A DNA stretch of 64,000 nucleotides, taken from the IMG/VR virus record IMGVR_UViG_3300043410_001242; one strand, given 5' to 3'. Under the pieces are notes generated by a model. It saw nothing but the letters and a program-made list of their open reading frames with translations. It made no database searches and was not told the origin of the DNA. Positions 1 through 9,801 of the stretch are shown here, piece by piece. Both the position numbers and the translations under genes were made by a program. The DNA comes from a virus. How positions within the stretch are numbered: the first letter of the stretch is position 1; each line of letters opens with the position of its first letter.

Positions 1-2
1 AT

Positions 3-740
3 ACTGTTACTAATATAGCACAAGGTGCATACGATACAGCTAATGGAATTATAAGTTTACAATCTGGAATCAACAGTACTCAAAATACTAATATCACTAC
101 TGCTACTAATCTAGCACAAGGTGCATATAATCAAGCAAATACTGATTATACAACAATATCATTAACATCTGGAACTTATGGCAATACCGCATATATTCCA
201 TCAATAACCGTTGCATCTAATGGTAGAATTTCATCAGTTAGTTCACAACAGATTAATCTATCAACTTTGACAATCGGTACTGGTCTTTCTGGAACAAGTT
301 ATAACGGATCAGGTGATGTTACTATTGCTATTGATTCCACAGTAGCAACATTAACTGGAACACAAACATTATCTAATAAAACACTAAAACCATATAACGT
401 TATATCTTCCGCAGGTTCATCCATTAGTTATGAAGGCGGTGAACAATATACTTACGGAAGTACTTCTCCAACTAGTGTTTTTTCTTATAGTGCATCAACT
501 TATCGTTCATCAAAATTAATAGTACAAATAACACAAGGTACAAATTATCAAGTTTCTGAAATTATGATTATACATAACGGCACTACTACCACGATGACAG
601 AATATGGTGTTATGTCTACTAATGGATCTTTAGGAACATTTACCTCAGATATAAGTGGTGGTAATGTTAGACTATTATTGACACTAGGATCAGCAACATC
701 ATCTACAGTAAAAACTTCATATACACTTATAGTATCATAA
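3..740 (+). CDS. Tail-fibre-like structural protein, 3' part (frame is open from the window start; the ORF track begins at 267)
   Basis: Frame open from position 3 (TVTNIAQGAYDTAN...NLAQGAYNQAN...). T/S/G-rich, with TQTLSNKTL fibre motif and a C-terminal beta-rich domain. Confidence 0.65.
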   Translation, partial: TVTNIAQGAYDTANGIISLQSGINSTQNTNITTATNLAQGAYNQANTDYTTISLTSGTYGNTAYIPSITVASNGRISSVSSQQINLSTLTIGTGLSGTSYNGSGDVTIAIDSTVATLTGTQTLSNKTLKPYNVISSAGSSISYEGGEQYTYGSTSPTSVFSYSASTYRSSKLIVQITQGTNYQVSEIMIIHNGTTTTMTEYGVMSTNGSLGTFTSDISGGNVRLLLTLGSATSSTVKTSYTLIVS

Positions 741-772
741 TCATTTTTAACGCTCGCGGATAGGGAAACGAG

Positions 773-3700
773 ATGGCAAACGAATTTATCGTAAAAAATG
801 GTGCAATTGCACCAAATATACAATTAACCGGATCATCATCTGGTTCAACAACTATTGTTGCAGACGGCACCGCATCAGGAACTTTAACTCTTCCCTCCAC
901 TACTGATACTTTAGTTGGCAGAACAACCACAGATACATTAACCAATAAAACTCTAACTGATTCTAGTACCTATTTCCAAGACGAGACAGATAACACCAAA
1001 AAATTACAATTTCAGTTATCAGGTATCAGCACTGCAACAACTAGAACATTAACGATTCCAGATGTAAGTGGTACTATCGTTACTACTGGTGATACTGGTA
1101 CTGTTACCAATACAATGTTAGCTGGATCAATTGCTAATGCTAAATTAATCAATTCAACTATTTCTGGTGTCTCACTCGGAAGCAATTTAAACACATTAAC
1201 AATCGGTACTGGATTAAGTGGTACTAGTTATAATGGATCTAGTGCTGTAACAATAGCTATTGATTCATCTGTTGCAACATTAACTGGCACACAAACTTTA
1301 ACTAATAAGACATTAACTACTCCTACCATAAGTGGATTAACTTGGCCTGCCGGTACTGGAACAAATGGTCAGGTATTAACTACTAACGGAAGTAATGCAT
1401 TATCGTGGTCTACTGTTTCATCTGGTGGTTCAAGTGCTTTCAATGTATGTAGCTCAAATAATATTGTAAGTTGTATTAGTGGTAATGGTGGTTACGGTTC
1501 TTATAATTTCTTCGCGGGAAAATGTGCTGGACAATCCAATACAACCGGAAGTTGCAATAACTTCTTTGGCAAGTATGCTGGTTGTTCCAATACAACCGGT
1601 TCTTATAACAACTTCTTAGGTAGTAGTGCTGGTCGAAATAATACAACCGGTTCTAATAACAACTTCATTGGTAATAGTGCAGGTTCTTCTAATATATCGG
1701 GAATTCATAATACGTTCATTGGTAATCAGGCGGGTTATTCTAATACATCCGGCAATTATAACTTCTTCTTAGGTAAGAGTGCTGGTTATTGTAATATCAA
1801 TGGTTATTATAATATCTTTATAGGATCGTATACTGGTTGTAAGAATACTACCGGATATGGTAACAACTTTATCGGTAGTTTATCTGGCAGAAATAATATA
1901 GCTGGTAATTATAACAACTTCTTTGGTATTAGTGCTGGTTATTGCAACACCTATGGTTCATATAACAACTTTTTTGGGTATAATTCGGGTCGAAGAAATG
2001 ATGGCGGTCGTTATAACAACTTCTTAGGTAAGAGTGCTGGTTATTCAAATTATTGCGGGCATTGCAATAACTTCTTCGGTGCTTTTGCTGGTTGTAATAA
2101 TTATCTCGGCAGTAACAATAACTTCTTCGGTACTTCTGCTGGTTTTTGTAATACCAATGGTTATTATAACAACTTCATTGGATCATGTGCTGGTTATTAT
2201 AATACAACCGGTTCTAATAACAACTTCTTTGGTTTGTGGGCTGGTAACAAGAATACAACTGGTTATGAGAACAACTTCTTCGGATCATACGCTGGTTATT
2301 GCAATACAACTGGTTATATGAACAACTTCATTGGTAAAAAAGCTGGTTACAAGAATACAACTGGGTACGGTAATAATTTCATAGGTGCATATGCTGGTCA
2401 GTGCAATACATCTGGTTATTATAACAACTTCATTGGGTATACTGCTGGTTGTTCCAATACATACGGTACAAATAACAACTTCATCGGTAAGGGTGCCGGG
2501 TTGTTCAATACAACTGGTTCTCAGAACAACTTCATTGGTTCGAATGCTGGTTTTAGTAATACAACTGGTTCAAATAACAACTTCTTAGGTACTCAGGCTG
2601 GTTTTTCCAATACATCCGGTATTAATAACAACTTTTTTGGTTTTTGTGCCGGTCGATTTAATACAACCGGTAATTATAACAACTTCTTTGGTTTTTGTGC
2701 TGGATATTGTAATACAACCGGTTCTCATAACAACTTCATTGGTTCGAATGCAGGTAGGTGTAATACAACCGGTTCTAATAACAACTTCTTTGGTAAATTG
2801 ACTGGTCTAAGTAATACAACCGGTACTAATAACAACTTCATTGGTAGTTATGCTGGATATTGTAATACAACCGGTGCAAATAACAACTTCTTTGGTTGTA
2901 ATGCTGGACGTACATCTGTTAGTGGCAACCATAACACCTTTATCGGTCTTCAGGCTGGATATTGTAATAAATCTGGTCATGGTAATAATTTCTTTGGGTA
3001 TAATGCTGGTTATTATAATACCACAGGATATAGTAACGTCTTCATTGGTTATTCTGCTGGTATGAAAAATACAACTGGTTATTATAATAATTTTATCGGT
3101 CCATACTCTGGTAGATATTCTACTACCGCAACCAACAACAACTTCATTGGTCCGAACACAGGTAAGTGTAATACAACCGGAAGTTGCAATAACTTCTTTG
3201 GCAAGTATGCTGGTTGTTTGAATACAACTGGAAATAATAACAACTTCTTTGGTGCATATGCCGGATATTGTAATACAACCGGTTATAGTAACGTCTTCAT
3301 TGGTAAACAGGCTGGTAAATTTAATTCAGCTGGTTATTGTAACAACTTCTTTGGTGCATATGCTGGATGTTGTATAACAACTGGAATTAACAATACTATT
3401 ATTGGTGGGTATTTTGGATCAACAGGCTTATCTAATACTATCTTCCTTAAAGCAGGATCAAACTGTTTACAAGTAACTGGTTCAGGCACATTCTCAATTA
3501 ATGGTTCATCACCAGTATTAGCCGGAGTCAGAGAAAAAATTACAGTATCCGCTACAGCAGCTACAGGTACAATAAATCTAGATGCTTCTACTCAAAGTAT
3601 TTTATATTACACTACTGCATCAACTGCAAACTGGACATTAAATGTTAGAGGTTCATCTACAGTAACATTAAATTCACTTATGGCCACAGGTGAAAGTATG

Positions 3701-3904
3701 GTGGTTGTGTTTAGGGCAACAAATACTACAGCATACTATTGCACTTCATTTACTATCGATGGAGTTGCAGTTACACCAAAATGGCAAGGCGGTACTGCAC
3801 CATCTGCCGGAAATGCTAATAGTACTGACTCTTATTCATATACTATTGTAAAAACTGGATCAGCAACATATACAGTTTTTGCTTCACTTACTAAGTATGC
3901 TTAA
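773..3904 (+). CDS. Tail fibre/adhesin-like protein with ~46 tandem 14-aa beta-roll repeats
   Basis: TDTLTNKTLT shaft motifs. Repeats of AGxxNTTGxxNNFxG, resembling YadA-head/Hep-Hag beta-roll repeats. Upstream of the neck genes. Confidence 0.7.
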   Translation: MANEFIVKNGAIAPNIQLTGSSSGSTTIVADGTASGTLTLPSTTDTLVGRTTTDTLTNKTLTDSSTYFQDETDNTKKLQFQLSGISTATTRTLTIPDVSGTIVTTGDTGTVTNTMLAGSIANAKLINSTISGVSLGSNLNTLTIGTGLSGTSYNGSSAVTIAIDSSVATLTGTQTLTNKTLTTPTISGLTWPAGTGTNGQVLTTNGSNALSWSTVSSGGSSAFNVCSSNNIVSCISGNGGYGSYNFFAGKCAGQSNTTGSCNNFFGKYAGCSNTTGSYNNFLGSSAGRNNTTGSNNNFIGNSAGSSNISGIHNTFIGNQAGYSNTSGNYNFFLGKSAGYCNINGYYNIFIGSYTGCKNTTGYGNNFIGSLSGRNNIAGNYNNFFGISAGYCNTYGSYNNFFGYNSGRRNDGGRYNNFLGKSAGYSNYCGHCNNFFGAFAGCNNYLGSNNNFFGTSAGFCNTNGYYNNFIGSCAGYYNTTGSNNNFFGLWAGNKNTTGYENNFFGSYAGYCNTTGYMNNFIGKKAGYKNTTGYGNNFIGAYAGQCNTSGYYNNFIGYTAGCSNTYGTNNNFIGKGAGLFNTTGSQNNFIGSNAGFSNTTGSNNNFLGTQAGFSNTSGINNNFFGFCAGRFNTTGNYNNFFGFCAGYCNTTGSHNNFIGSNAGRCNTTGSNNNFFGKLTGLSNTTGTNNNFIGSYAGYCNTTGANNNFFGCNAGRTSVSGNHNTFIGLQAGYCNKSGHGNNFFGYNAGYYNTTGYSNVFIGYSAGMKNTTGYYNNFIGPYSGRYSTTATNNNFIGPNTGKCNTTGSCNNFFGKYAGCLNTTGNNNNFFGAYAGYCNTTGYSNVFIGKQAGKFNSAGYCNNFFGAYAGCCITTGINNTIIGGYFGSTGLSNTIFLKAGSNCLQVTGSGTFSINGSSPVLAGVREKITVSATAATGTINLDASTQSILYYTTASTANWTLNVRGSSTVTLNSLMATGESMVVVFRATNTTAYYCTSFTIDGVAVTPKWQGGTAPSAGNANSTDSYSYTIVKTGSATYTVFASLTKYA
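1490..3420 (+). repeat. 42-nt-period coding tandem repeat array (~46 units)
   Basis: Recurrent aatacaaccggt...aacaacttc(a/t)ttggt. An exact 49-nt copy occurs at 1538-1586 and 3170-3218. Confidence 0.9.
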
Positions 3905-3911
3905 TGGAACT

Positions 3912-3925
3912 TACAACTAATCAAA
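3912..3925 (+). repeat. 14-bp direct repeat TACAACTAATCAAA, copy 1
   Basis: Identical to 5973-5986. Both copies lie just after a stop codon. Confidence 0.75.
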
Positions 3926-3983
3926 TAACTCAAGACCTGGTTTTATAATGATATGGTAATAACATCGGAATCACAATAATAAA

Positions 3984-4037
3984 ATATCTCCAACTGGAAC
4001 TCATATATAATGTATGAGCCAGATTAGTTGGAGATAT
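3984..4037 (+). promoter_or_regulatory. RBS-sequestering stem-loop with internal late-promoter-like TATATAAT
   Basis: ATATCTCCAACT (3984-3995) is the perfect reverse complement of AGTTGGAGATAT (4026-4037), which contains the GGAG SD of the 4039 gene. Confidence 0.65.
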
Positions 4038-4038
4038 A

Positions 4039-4680
4039 ATGAAAAAGATTTTAATTGCTACACCATGTCTTGATCAAAAAGTAGATGCATATTTTGTACA
4101 CAGTCTATGTGAATCAATCAAACTAGGATTAAAACACAACCTAGATATTAGGTGCGTGTTTCTTGCCAACGAAAGTATTTTACCTATGGCTCGAAACGAA
4201 TTATTTGCACTTGCATACGATGAAAATTATGATACGATGGTATTCATAGATGATGACGAAAGTTGGGATGAAAAATCATTGATCGAAATTATCTTATCAG
4301 ACAAAGATGTTATTTCGTTACCGGTAGTCAATAAAAGCGATAAAGATATTGCTTTTAATGTTTGGTATGATAAGGATGATAAAAAGGATACTGACGGTTA
4401 TATAAAAATTAATAAATGTGGATCTGGATTCTTAAAAATTTCACGCAAAGTTATAGAAGACTTGTGGGAATCTAACACAGAACTAGTTTTTCGTAATAAA
4501 AAACTTAAAAACATATGCGAATATACATATGATAATGGAAGTTTTGTCGGTGAAGATGTTACATTATCAAACAAAATTAAAGACCTTGGTTATGATATTT
4601 GGTTGAATCCCTACTATACAGTTTCCCATATTGGCAATAAAATGTATAAAGGTGATTTTGCAAAACAAAATAAATTATGA
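4039..4680 (+). CDS. Glycosyltransferase-like protein (GT-A fold), paralog of 32033-32851
   Basis: IATP..NES..ARN..FIDDD..GSGF..GED..HIG motifs. Confidence 0.6.
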   Translation: MKKILIATPCLDQKVDAYFVHSLCESIKLGLKHNLDIRCVFLANESILPMARNELFALAYDENYDTMVFIDDDESWDEKSLIEIILSDKDVISLPVVNKSDKDIAFNVWYDKDDKKDTDGYIKINKCGSGFLKISRKVIEDLWESNTELVFRNKKLKNICEYTYDNGSFVGEDVTLSNKIKDLGYDIWLNPYYTVSHIGNKMYKGDFAKQNKL

Positions 4681-5966
4681 TTGATATTATTATTCCTACT
4701 ATGTGGTTTGCATCTGAGTTCGAGAAAACACTTGAATCATATGTGAAACATCCAAATGTTAATAAGATTATTATTATCGATAATAATAAAAATAACAATC
4801 CACAATTTCCAATTTTAAAACATAAAAAAATAGATGTGATTTCATATGGAAGGAACATATATGTGAATCCTGCCTGGAATGAAGGAGTATCTAGATCAAC
4901 ATCAAAAATTATCGGTATTATAAATGATGACATTATAGTATCATCGGAAATTTTTGATATGATTAGTAACTTTGATTTACATGATGGTGATCTTATCGGA
5001 GTAAATCTAAGAGGTTATCAAGACAATTATAAGATAGATGATTATATAAACACAAAAGAAGAAATTATAAAATTAAATTACGATGATCAAAATCCTATCG
5101 GAAGTCAAGCATGGGCTTTTGGTATTTGTATGTTTATGCTTAGAACATCTTATAGTAAGATTCCAAATCTTTATCAAATATGGTACGGTGATGATTACTT
5201 AGCACAACATTCTAAAAACATATTTGCAATCAATACAAATAAAATCAAAGGAAAGATTTCAGAAACATTAACTAAATTTAATGATCCAAACTGCGATGTT
5301 TCAAAACGAATAGAACTAGACTCAAAAAATCTACTTAGATTCAATCATTTTAAAAATTCAAATAACTGGGATATTCCCTCTAATATGATTAAAATGTACG
5401 AGTCTCAACGAAAAACTTTAGCGTTATCCAAAAACATATTCGAAACTGAATATGAACGGGCTAAAAAGACTCCTAGTGACATTAATCAAAATGTTCATAT
5501 TCTTTATGAGTTAGCAAAAGAGTGTAAAACTGTCGTAGAACTAGGAGTTAGAACTGGAGTGAGCACACGAGCATTCTTAAATTCCGATGTTGATTTATTA
5601 TCAATCGACATAGTAAAAAACGATCAAGTTCAACAATTATTTGATAAAGCAAAATCACATAACAAAAACGTTCGGTATATTATCGACAACGTTCTTAATA
5701 TCGAAATTAATGAGGTTGATATGATTTTTATTGATACCCTACATACATATAACCAACTTAAACAAGAATTAAAGTTACACGGCAATAAATCTAAAAAGTA
5801 TCTAGTGTTCCATGACACATATACTTTTGGATTGATAGGTGAAGACGGCATTGATAAAAAAGGGTTGCTTACCGCAATTATAGAATTTATGATTGACAAT
5901 CCTCATTGGAAATTTAAAACTTTTAAGACTATCAATAACGGTATGACTGTACTTGAAAGAATGTAA
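4677..5966 (+). CDS. GT2-like glycosyltransferase fused to class I SAM methyltransferase (Methyltransf_24-like)
   Basis: N-term IIIPTM..IIIDN..AWNEG..INDD; C-term VELGVRTG..IFIDTLHTY..FHDT..NNGMTVL. Confidence 0.7.
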   Translation: MIDIIIPTMWFASEFEKTLESYVKHPNVNKIIIIDNNKNNNPQFPILKHKKIDVISYGRNIYVNPAWNEGVSRSTSKIIGIINDDIIVSSEIFDMISNFDLHDGDLIGVNLRGYQDNYKIDDYINTKEEIIKLNYDDQNPIGSQAWAFGICMFMLRTSYSKIPNLYQIWYGDDYLAQHSKNIFAINTNKIKGKISETLTKFNDPNCDVSKRIELDSKNLLRFNHFKNSNNWDIPSNMIKMYESQRKTLALSKNIFETEYERAKKTPSDINQNVHILYELAKECKTVVELGVRTGVSTRAFLNSDVDLLSIDIVKNDQVQQLFDKAKSHNKNVRYIIDNVLNIEINEVDMIFIDTLHTYNQLKQELKLHGNKSKKYLVFHDTYTFGLIGEDGIDKKGLLTAIIEFMIDNPHWKFKTFKTINNGMTVLERM

Positions 5967-5972
5967 ATAGAC

Positions 5973-5986
5973 TACAACTAATCAAA
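5973..5986 (+). repeat. 14-bp direct repeat TACAACTAATCAAA, copy 2
   Basis: Identical to 3912-3925. Confidence 0.75.
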
Positions 5987-5993
5987 GGTTATT

Positions 5994-6890
5994 ATGAAAT
6001 ATAGCATATTCCATCTTCAAGGTGGCATCGGAAAACATGTTGCAGCAACCGCAGTTGCAAAAGCAATTAAGAATACACATCCAGATAGAAAGTTAATTGT
6101 TGTATGTGCATATCCTGATATTTTTATTAATTTATCGTATGTGGATCGGGTATTCCAAATAGGAGCAACAAAATATTTTTATCAGGAATATGTTCAAGAC
6201 AAAGACTCAATTTTATTTTATCATGAACCATATTATACAACAAATCATATTCATAAACGTAAAAGACTAATCGAAAATTGGTGTGAGTTGTATAATATAC
6301 CATATTCTGGTGAAATGCCGGAAATAAAATTCAACAAATTACAATACAACATTTCAAAGGATATTTGGTCACGAAAGAAACCATTAATGATTTTACACAC
6401 TAATGGTGGAGTAATGGCAACAGATGCTAAACCATATGCATGGACCCGTGATATGCCCCCGACCCTTGCTCAAGAATTAATCGATTACTACAAGAAAGAT
6501 TATCATATCTTACAACTAACAAAAATGAATTCTCCAAAATTAGATGGTGCCGAACATGTCTTTTCAACACCCGATAAAATGTTATCTCTAATGGAGTATT
6601 TTAGTATAATACTTCACTCTAAAAAAAGAATACTTATTGATTCCTCAGTTCAACATGCGTGTGCTGCATTAAAAAAGAAATCAACAGTATTATGGAATGG
6701 AACAAGCCCTTCAGTATTTGGATATGATATGCATGATAATATATGTACTAATATCCCCTATGACTTTAAACTTCCTAACAGTTACTTGTTTGATTTTGAT
6801 TTTAACGGAAATGAAGTTGAATATCCGTTTGTAGACGATGTAAAATTGTTTGATATAAATATGATTATTGATTCGGTTAATAAACAATAA
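5994..6890 (+). CDS. GT9 (ADP-heptose:LPS heptosyltransferase-like, GT-B) protein
   Basis: GGIGKHVAATAVAKAIK N-term and IDSSVQHACAALKKKSTVLW C-term motifs. Confidence 0.65.
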   Translation: MKYSIFHLQGGIGKHVAATAVAKAIKNTHPDRKLIVVCAYPDIFINLSYVDRVFQIGATKYFYQEYVQDKDSILFYHEPYYTTNHIHKRKRLIENWCELYNIPYSGEMPEIKFNKLQYNISKDIWSRKKPLMILHTNGGVMATDAKPYAWTRDMPPTLAQELIDYYKKDYHILQLTKMNSPKLDGAEHVFSTPDKMLSLMEYFSIILHSKKRILIDSSVQHACAALKKKSTVLWNGTSPSVFGYDMHDNICTNIPYDFKLPNSYLFDFDFNGNEVEYPFVDDVKLFDINMIIDSVNKQ

Positions 6891-6900
6891 AGGTATATCA

Positions 6901-7800
6901 GTGGCAGAAAAATATTATTTTATGGCGGGACTACCGAGATCAGGTAGTTCATTACTCTCAGCAATTCTTAATCAAAACCCAAGATTCTATTCTGGTCCAA
7001 GTTCCCCAGTAACAGGATTAATGGTTGCTATGGAAGACACTATCGCAAATGACGAACTATTTAGAGCTTTTCCAAAAACCCAACAAGCTGGCGAATTAGT
7101 TGCAAATATTATTAATCATTATTATAGTGATGTGGAGAAACCAGTAATATTTGATAAAAATCGTTCATGGGTTAATAGGCTCCATTATATTCCGGGATAC
7201 TTCGGAGTTGAGGCAAAGGTATTATGCCCGGTGCGTGATCTTTCGGAAATTCTTGCATCGTTTATTGCAATGCATCGCCGGAATCCATTTGAAGTTAATG
7301 GAAAGATTAACTTCATTGATGAAATGCTTGTAAAAACAAATACACCATTAACTGATGATAATCGTTGTGCATTTATATCAAGTGATAATGGAATCCTTGG
7401 ACAAAGTTATAATGGAATCAAAAAAGCTCTTATGGAGGGTAAACAAAATCAACTTCATTTCATTGAATATAATGATCTTGTTAACAATCCAAAAGAAACT
7501 ATGCGAAAAATATATGATTTCTTAGGGGAAGAATATTTCGAACATGACTTTAGCAATTTAATAAATGTGCATCAAGAAGACGATGCGTCTGTGTATGGAA
7601 TTAGTGATATGCACGATGTTCGCAAAGAATTGTCTAAAACATCAATTGATCCTACAGAAATTTTATCTGAGTTCATTTTATCACAATGCAAAGATGCTGA
7701 ATTTTGGAGAGACTTATCCGATTACGAAGAATTTGAAGAAGTTGAACCATCCAATAACAATGAATCAATCAACGATGACACAAATATTATAGGAAGATAA
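6901..7800 (+). CDS. Sulfotransferase family protein
   Basis: PAPS-binding GLPRSGSSLL, DKNR, VRD..EILAS, EYNDLV.NP..TMRKIYDFLG. GTG start at 6901 is likely. Confidence 0.8.
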   Translation: MAEKYYFMAGLPRSGSSLLSAILNQNPRFYSGPSSPVTGLMVAMEDTIANDELFRAFPKTQQAGELVANIINHYYSDVEKPVIFDKNRSWVNRLHYIPGYFGVEAKVLCPVRDLSEILASFIAMHRRNPFEVNGKINFIDEMLVKTNTPLTDDNRCAFISSDNGILGQSYNGIKKALMEGKQNQLHFIEYNDLVNNPKETMRKIYDFLGEEYFEHDFSNLINVHQEDDASVYGISDMHDVRKELSKTSIDPTEILSEFILSQCKDAEFWRDLSDYEEFEEVEPSNNNESINDDTNIIGR

Positions 7801-7802
7801 AC

Positions 7803-8069
7803 ATGGAAAAAACACGAACACTCGAAGAAATTCAATATACCATTAAAGCAGCATTAGATAGCGTTTGGGTAATTGAAGATACTATTCAACAAATCGCCAA
7901 TGGCGAACCCGCAAATGAACAACGTAAAGGAAATATTGAACGAAATGTTGGTCATTTAAAGATTGTTGTAAGTCAACCCGATTTAATTGAATCTGGTGAA
8001 GATATCAGTGCATTACAGACTGCAATTGAACAGGGTGAAACTATTCTATCAGAATCTAGTTGGGTATAA
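7803..8069 (+). CDS. Hypothetical protein
   Basis: 88-aa ORF with AGGA SD, in operon context. Confidence 0.6.
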   Translation: MEKTRTLEEIQYTIKAALDSVWVIEDTIQQIANGEPANEQRKGNIERNVGHLKIVVSQPDLIESGEDISALQTAIEQGETILSESSWV

Positions 8070-8132
8070 CTAACTAGATAATTGTTTGGCCAGAATTAGA
8101 TAAATAGTACAATACTAACTTATTTTATAAAA

Positions 8133-8912
8133 ATGGCCACAATAACATCTAGAAATCAGTTTAAAGATTACTGCCTTCGTCGCCTCGGTTTCCCTGTTAT
8201 CGACATTAATGTGGATGATGATCAGGTAGAAGATCGTATCGATGATGCAATACAATATTTTATTGATCGACATGCTGATGGAACACAAAAGTTTTATTAT
8301 GTGAAATTGTTGGATCAAACCGATATAAACAATCGATACATTAATCTAGATCCCTCTGTAGTTGTGGATAAATCGAACAACTCACTAGAAATAACAGGTG
8401 TAACTAGAATTTTTCCTGTGTATGATTCACAAGCAACATTCAATATGTTCGACCTTCGTTATCAGTTGCGTCTGAATGAACTCTATGACTTCACCTCCGC
8501 GTCATACATCAATTATACGATGACCCTGCAACACCTGAGAATGTTGGAACAATTGTTCTCTGGTGAAATTCCTATTCGTTATAACAGACACACGAGAAGA
8601 TTGTTTATCGACTGGAATTGGGGATCATCAGAAGCACCAGTAGGCACTGCGGTTGTACTAGAGTGTTATGCCACTTTAAATCCAGAAATTTATTCAAATA
8701 TGTGGGATGATCGTTGGTTGAAAGAGTATGCTACCGCACTGATCAAAGCAAATTGGGGTGCCAATCTTAAAAAATTCAAAGGCCTACAACTACCCGGTGG
8801 TGTTACATTGAATGCTGATGAGATTTCTCAAGAAGCTGCCGATGAAATACAAAGATTACGAGACAACATGGAGTCCGAATTCGGAGCACCATTAGAATTC
8901 TTCATGAACTAA
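8133..8912 (+). CDS. gp13: Neck protein gp13
   Basis: KDYCLRRLGFPVIDINV..QVEDRIDDA, WLKEYATAL, LPGGVTLN; synteny. Confidence 0.9.
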   Translation: MATITSRNQFKDYCLRRLGFPVIDINVDDDQVEDRIDDAIQYFIDRHADGTQKFYYVKLLDQTDINNRYINLDPSVVVDKSNNSLEITGVTRIFPVYDSQATFNMFDLRYQLRLNELYDFTSASYINYTMTLQHLRMLEQLFSGEIPIRYNRHTRRLFIDWNWGSSEAPVGTAVVLECYATLNPEIYSNMWDDRWLKEYATALIKANWGANLKKFKGLQLPGGVTLNADEISQEAADEIQRLRDNMESEFGAPLEFFMN

Positions 8913-8913
8913 T

Positions 8914-9801
8914 ATGGTCACAGGTTTAACAAATCACTATTTCAATAATTATAATGATAAGAATGAGCAAAGACTCATAGAAGACTTGATTGTTGAATCA
9001 ATCAAGATCATGGGTTTCCAAGCTTATTATGTGCCTATTTTTAATCCTGAAGATAGAGACATACTCTTCGGTGAAGATCCATTAAAGAAATTTAAATCGG
9101 CATATCCAATAGAAATGTATCTATCGACTGTTATGAATTATGATGGTGACAGGGATTATTTCTCCAAATTCGGACTCGAAATTAGAAATGAAGCTTCTGT
9201 CATTGTTTCTAAAAGAAGTTTCACACAGAGAATTCCTACCGATATCATAAGACCTAGAGAAGGTGATCTAGTATATGTTCCAGTTATCAATGGTGTAGGT
9301 AATCTTTTTGAGATTACTTTTACCGATCACACCAAAGACTTCTTTATGTTGGGCAGAAAAGTTCCATACTTCTATGAACTCAAACTCGAACAGTTCAGAT
9401 TCTCCCAAGAAATTATCGACACAGGTGTGGAAGAAATTGATTCTATTGTACAAGAAGTTGCATACACCATCGACCTTCATATGGGTTCTGGAGATGGAAA
9501 TTATCAAATGAGAGAAATCGTATATCAATCTCCAGACAGAACATTTGCCAACAATACAGCATATGCATCAGTTCAAAATTGGGATCGTCCTAGTAAAGTG
9601 CTATCAATTACATACATAAAAGGTGAATTTGCAGAAGGTGCAAATGTATTTGGCCAAACAAGCAATACAAGATACATATTGTCAAGTTATAATGATTTGG
9701 ATGTTGTAGTTAAAAATGACACCTACGATAATGATTTTATCAATATCAAAGGAACAGCACTATCTGACAACTCCGAATCCAACCCATTTGGTTCTATCTA
9801 A
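8914..9801 (+). CDS. gp14: Neck protein gp14
   Basis: EQRLIEDLIVESIK, LFGED, FSKFGLEI, RPREGDLVY. Confidence 0.9.
   Translation: MVTGLTNHYFNNYNDKNEQRLIEDLIVESIKIMGFQAYYVPIFNPEDRDILFGEDPLKKFKSAYPIEMYLSTVMNYDGDRDYFSKFGLEIRNEASVIVSKRSFTQRIPTDIIRPREGDLVYVPVINGVGNLFEITFTDHTKDFFMLGRKVPYFYELKLEQFRFSQEIIDTGVEEIDSIVQEVAYTIDLHMGSGDGNYQMREIVYQSPDRTFANNTAYASVQNWDRPSKVLSITYIKGEFAEGANVFGQTSNTRYILSSYNDLDVVVKNDTYDNDFINIKGTALSDNSESNPFGSI

Noticed and set aside
1490-3420. AAC-rich near-identical repeats suggesting a diversity-generating retroelement or CRISPR array
   Set aside because: Repeats are in-frame coding 14-aa units. There are no unique spacers, no non-coding template copy and no reverse transcriptase or cas gene in the window.
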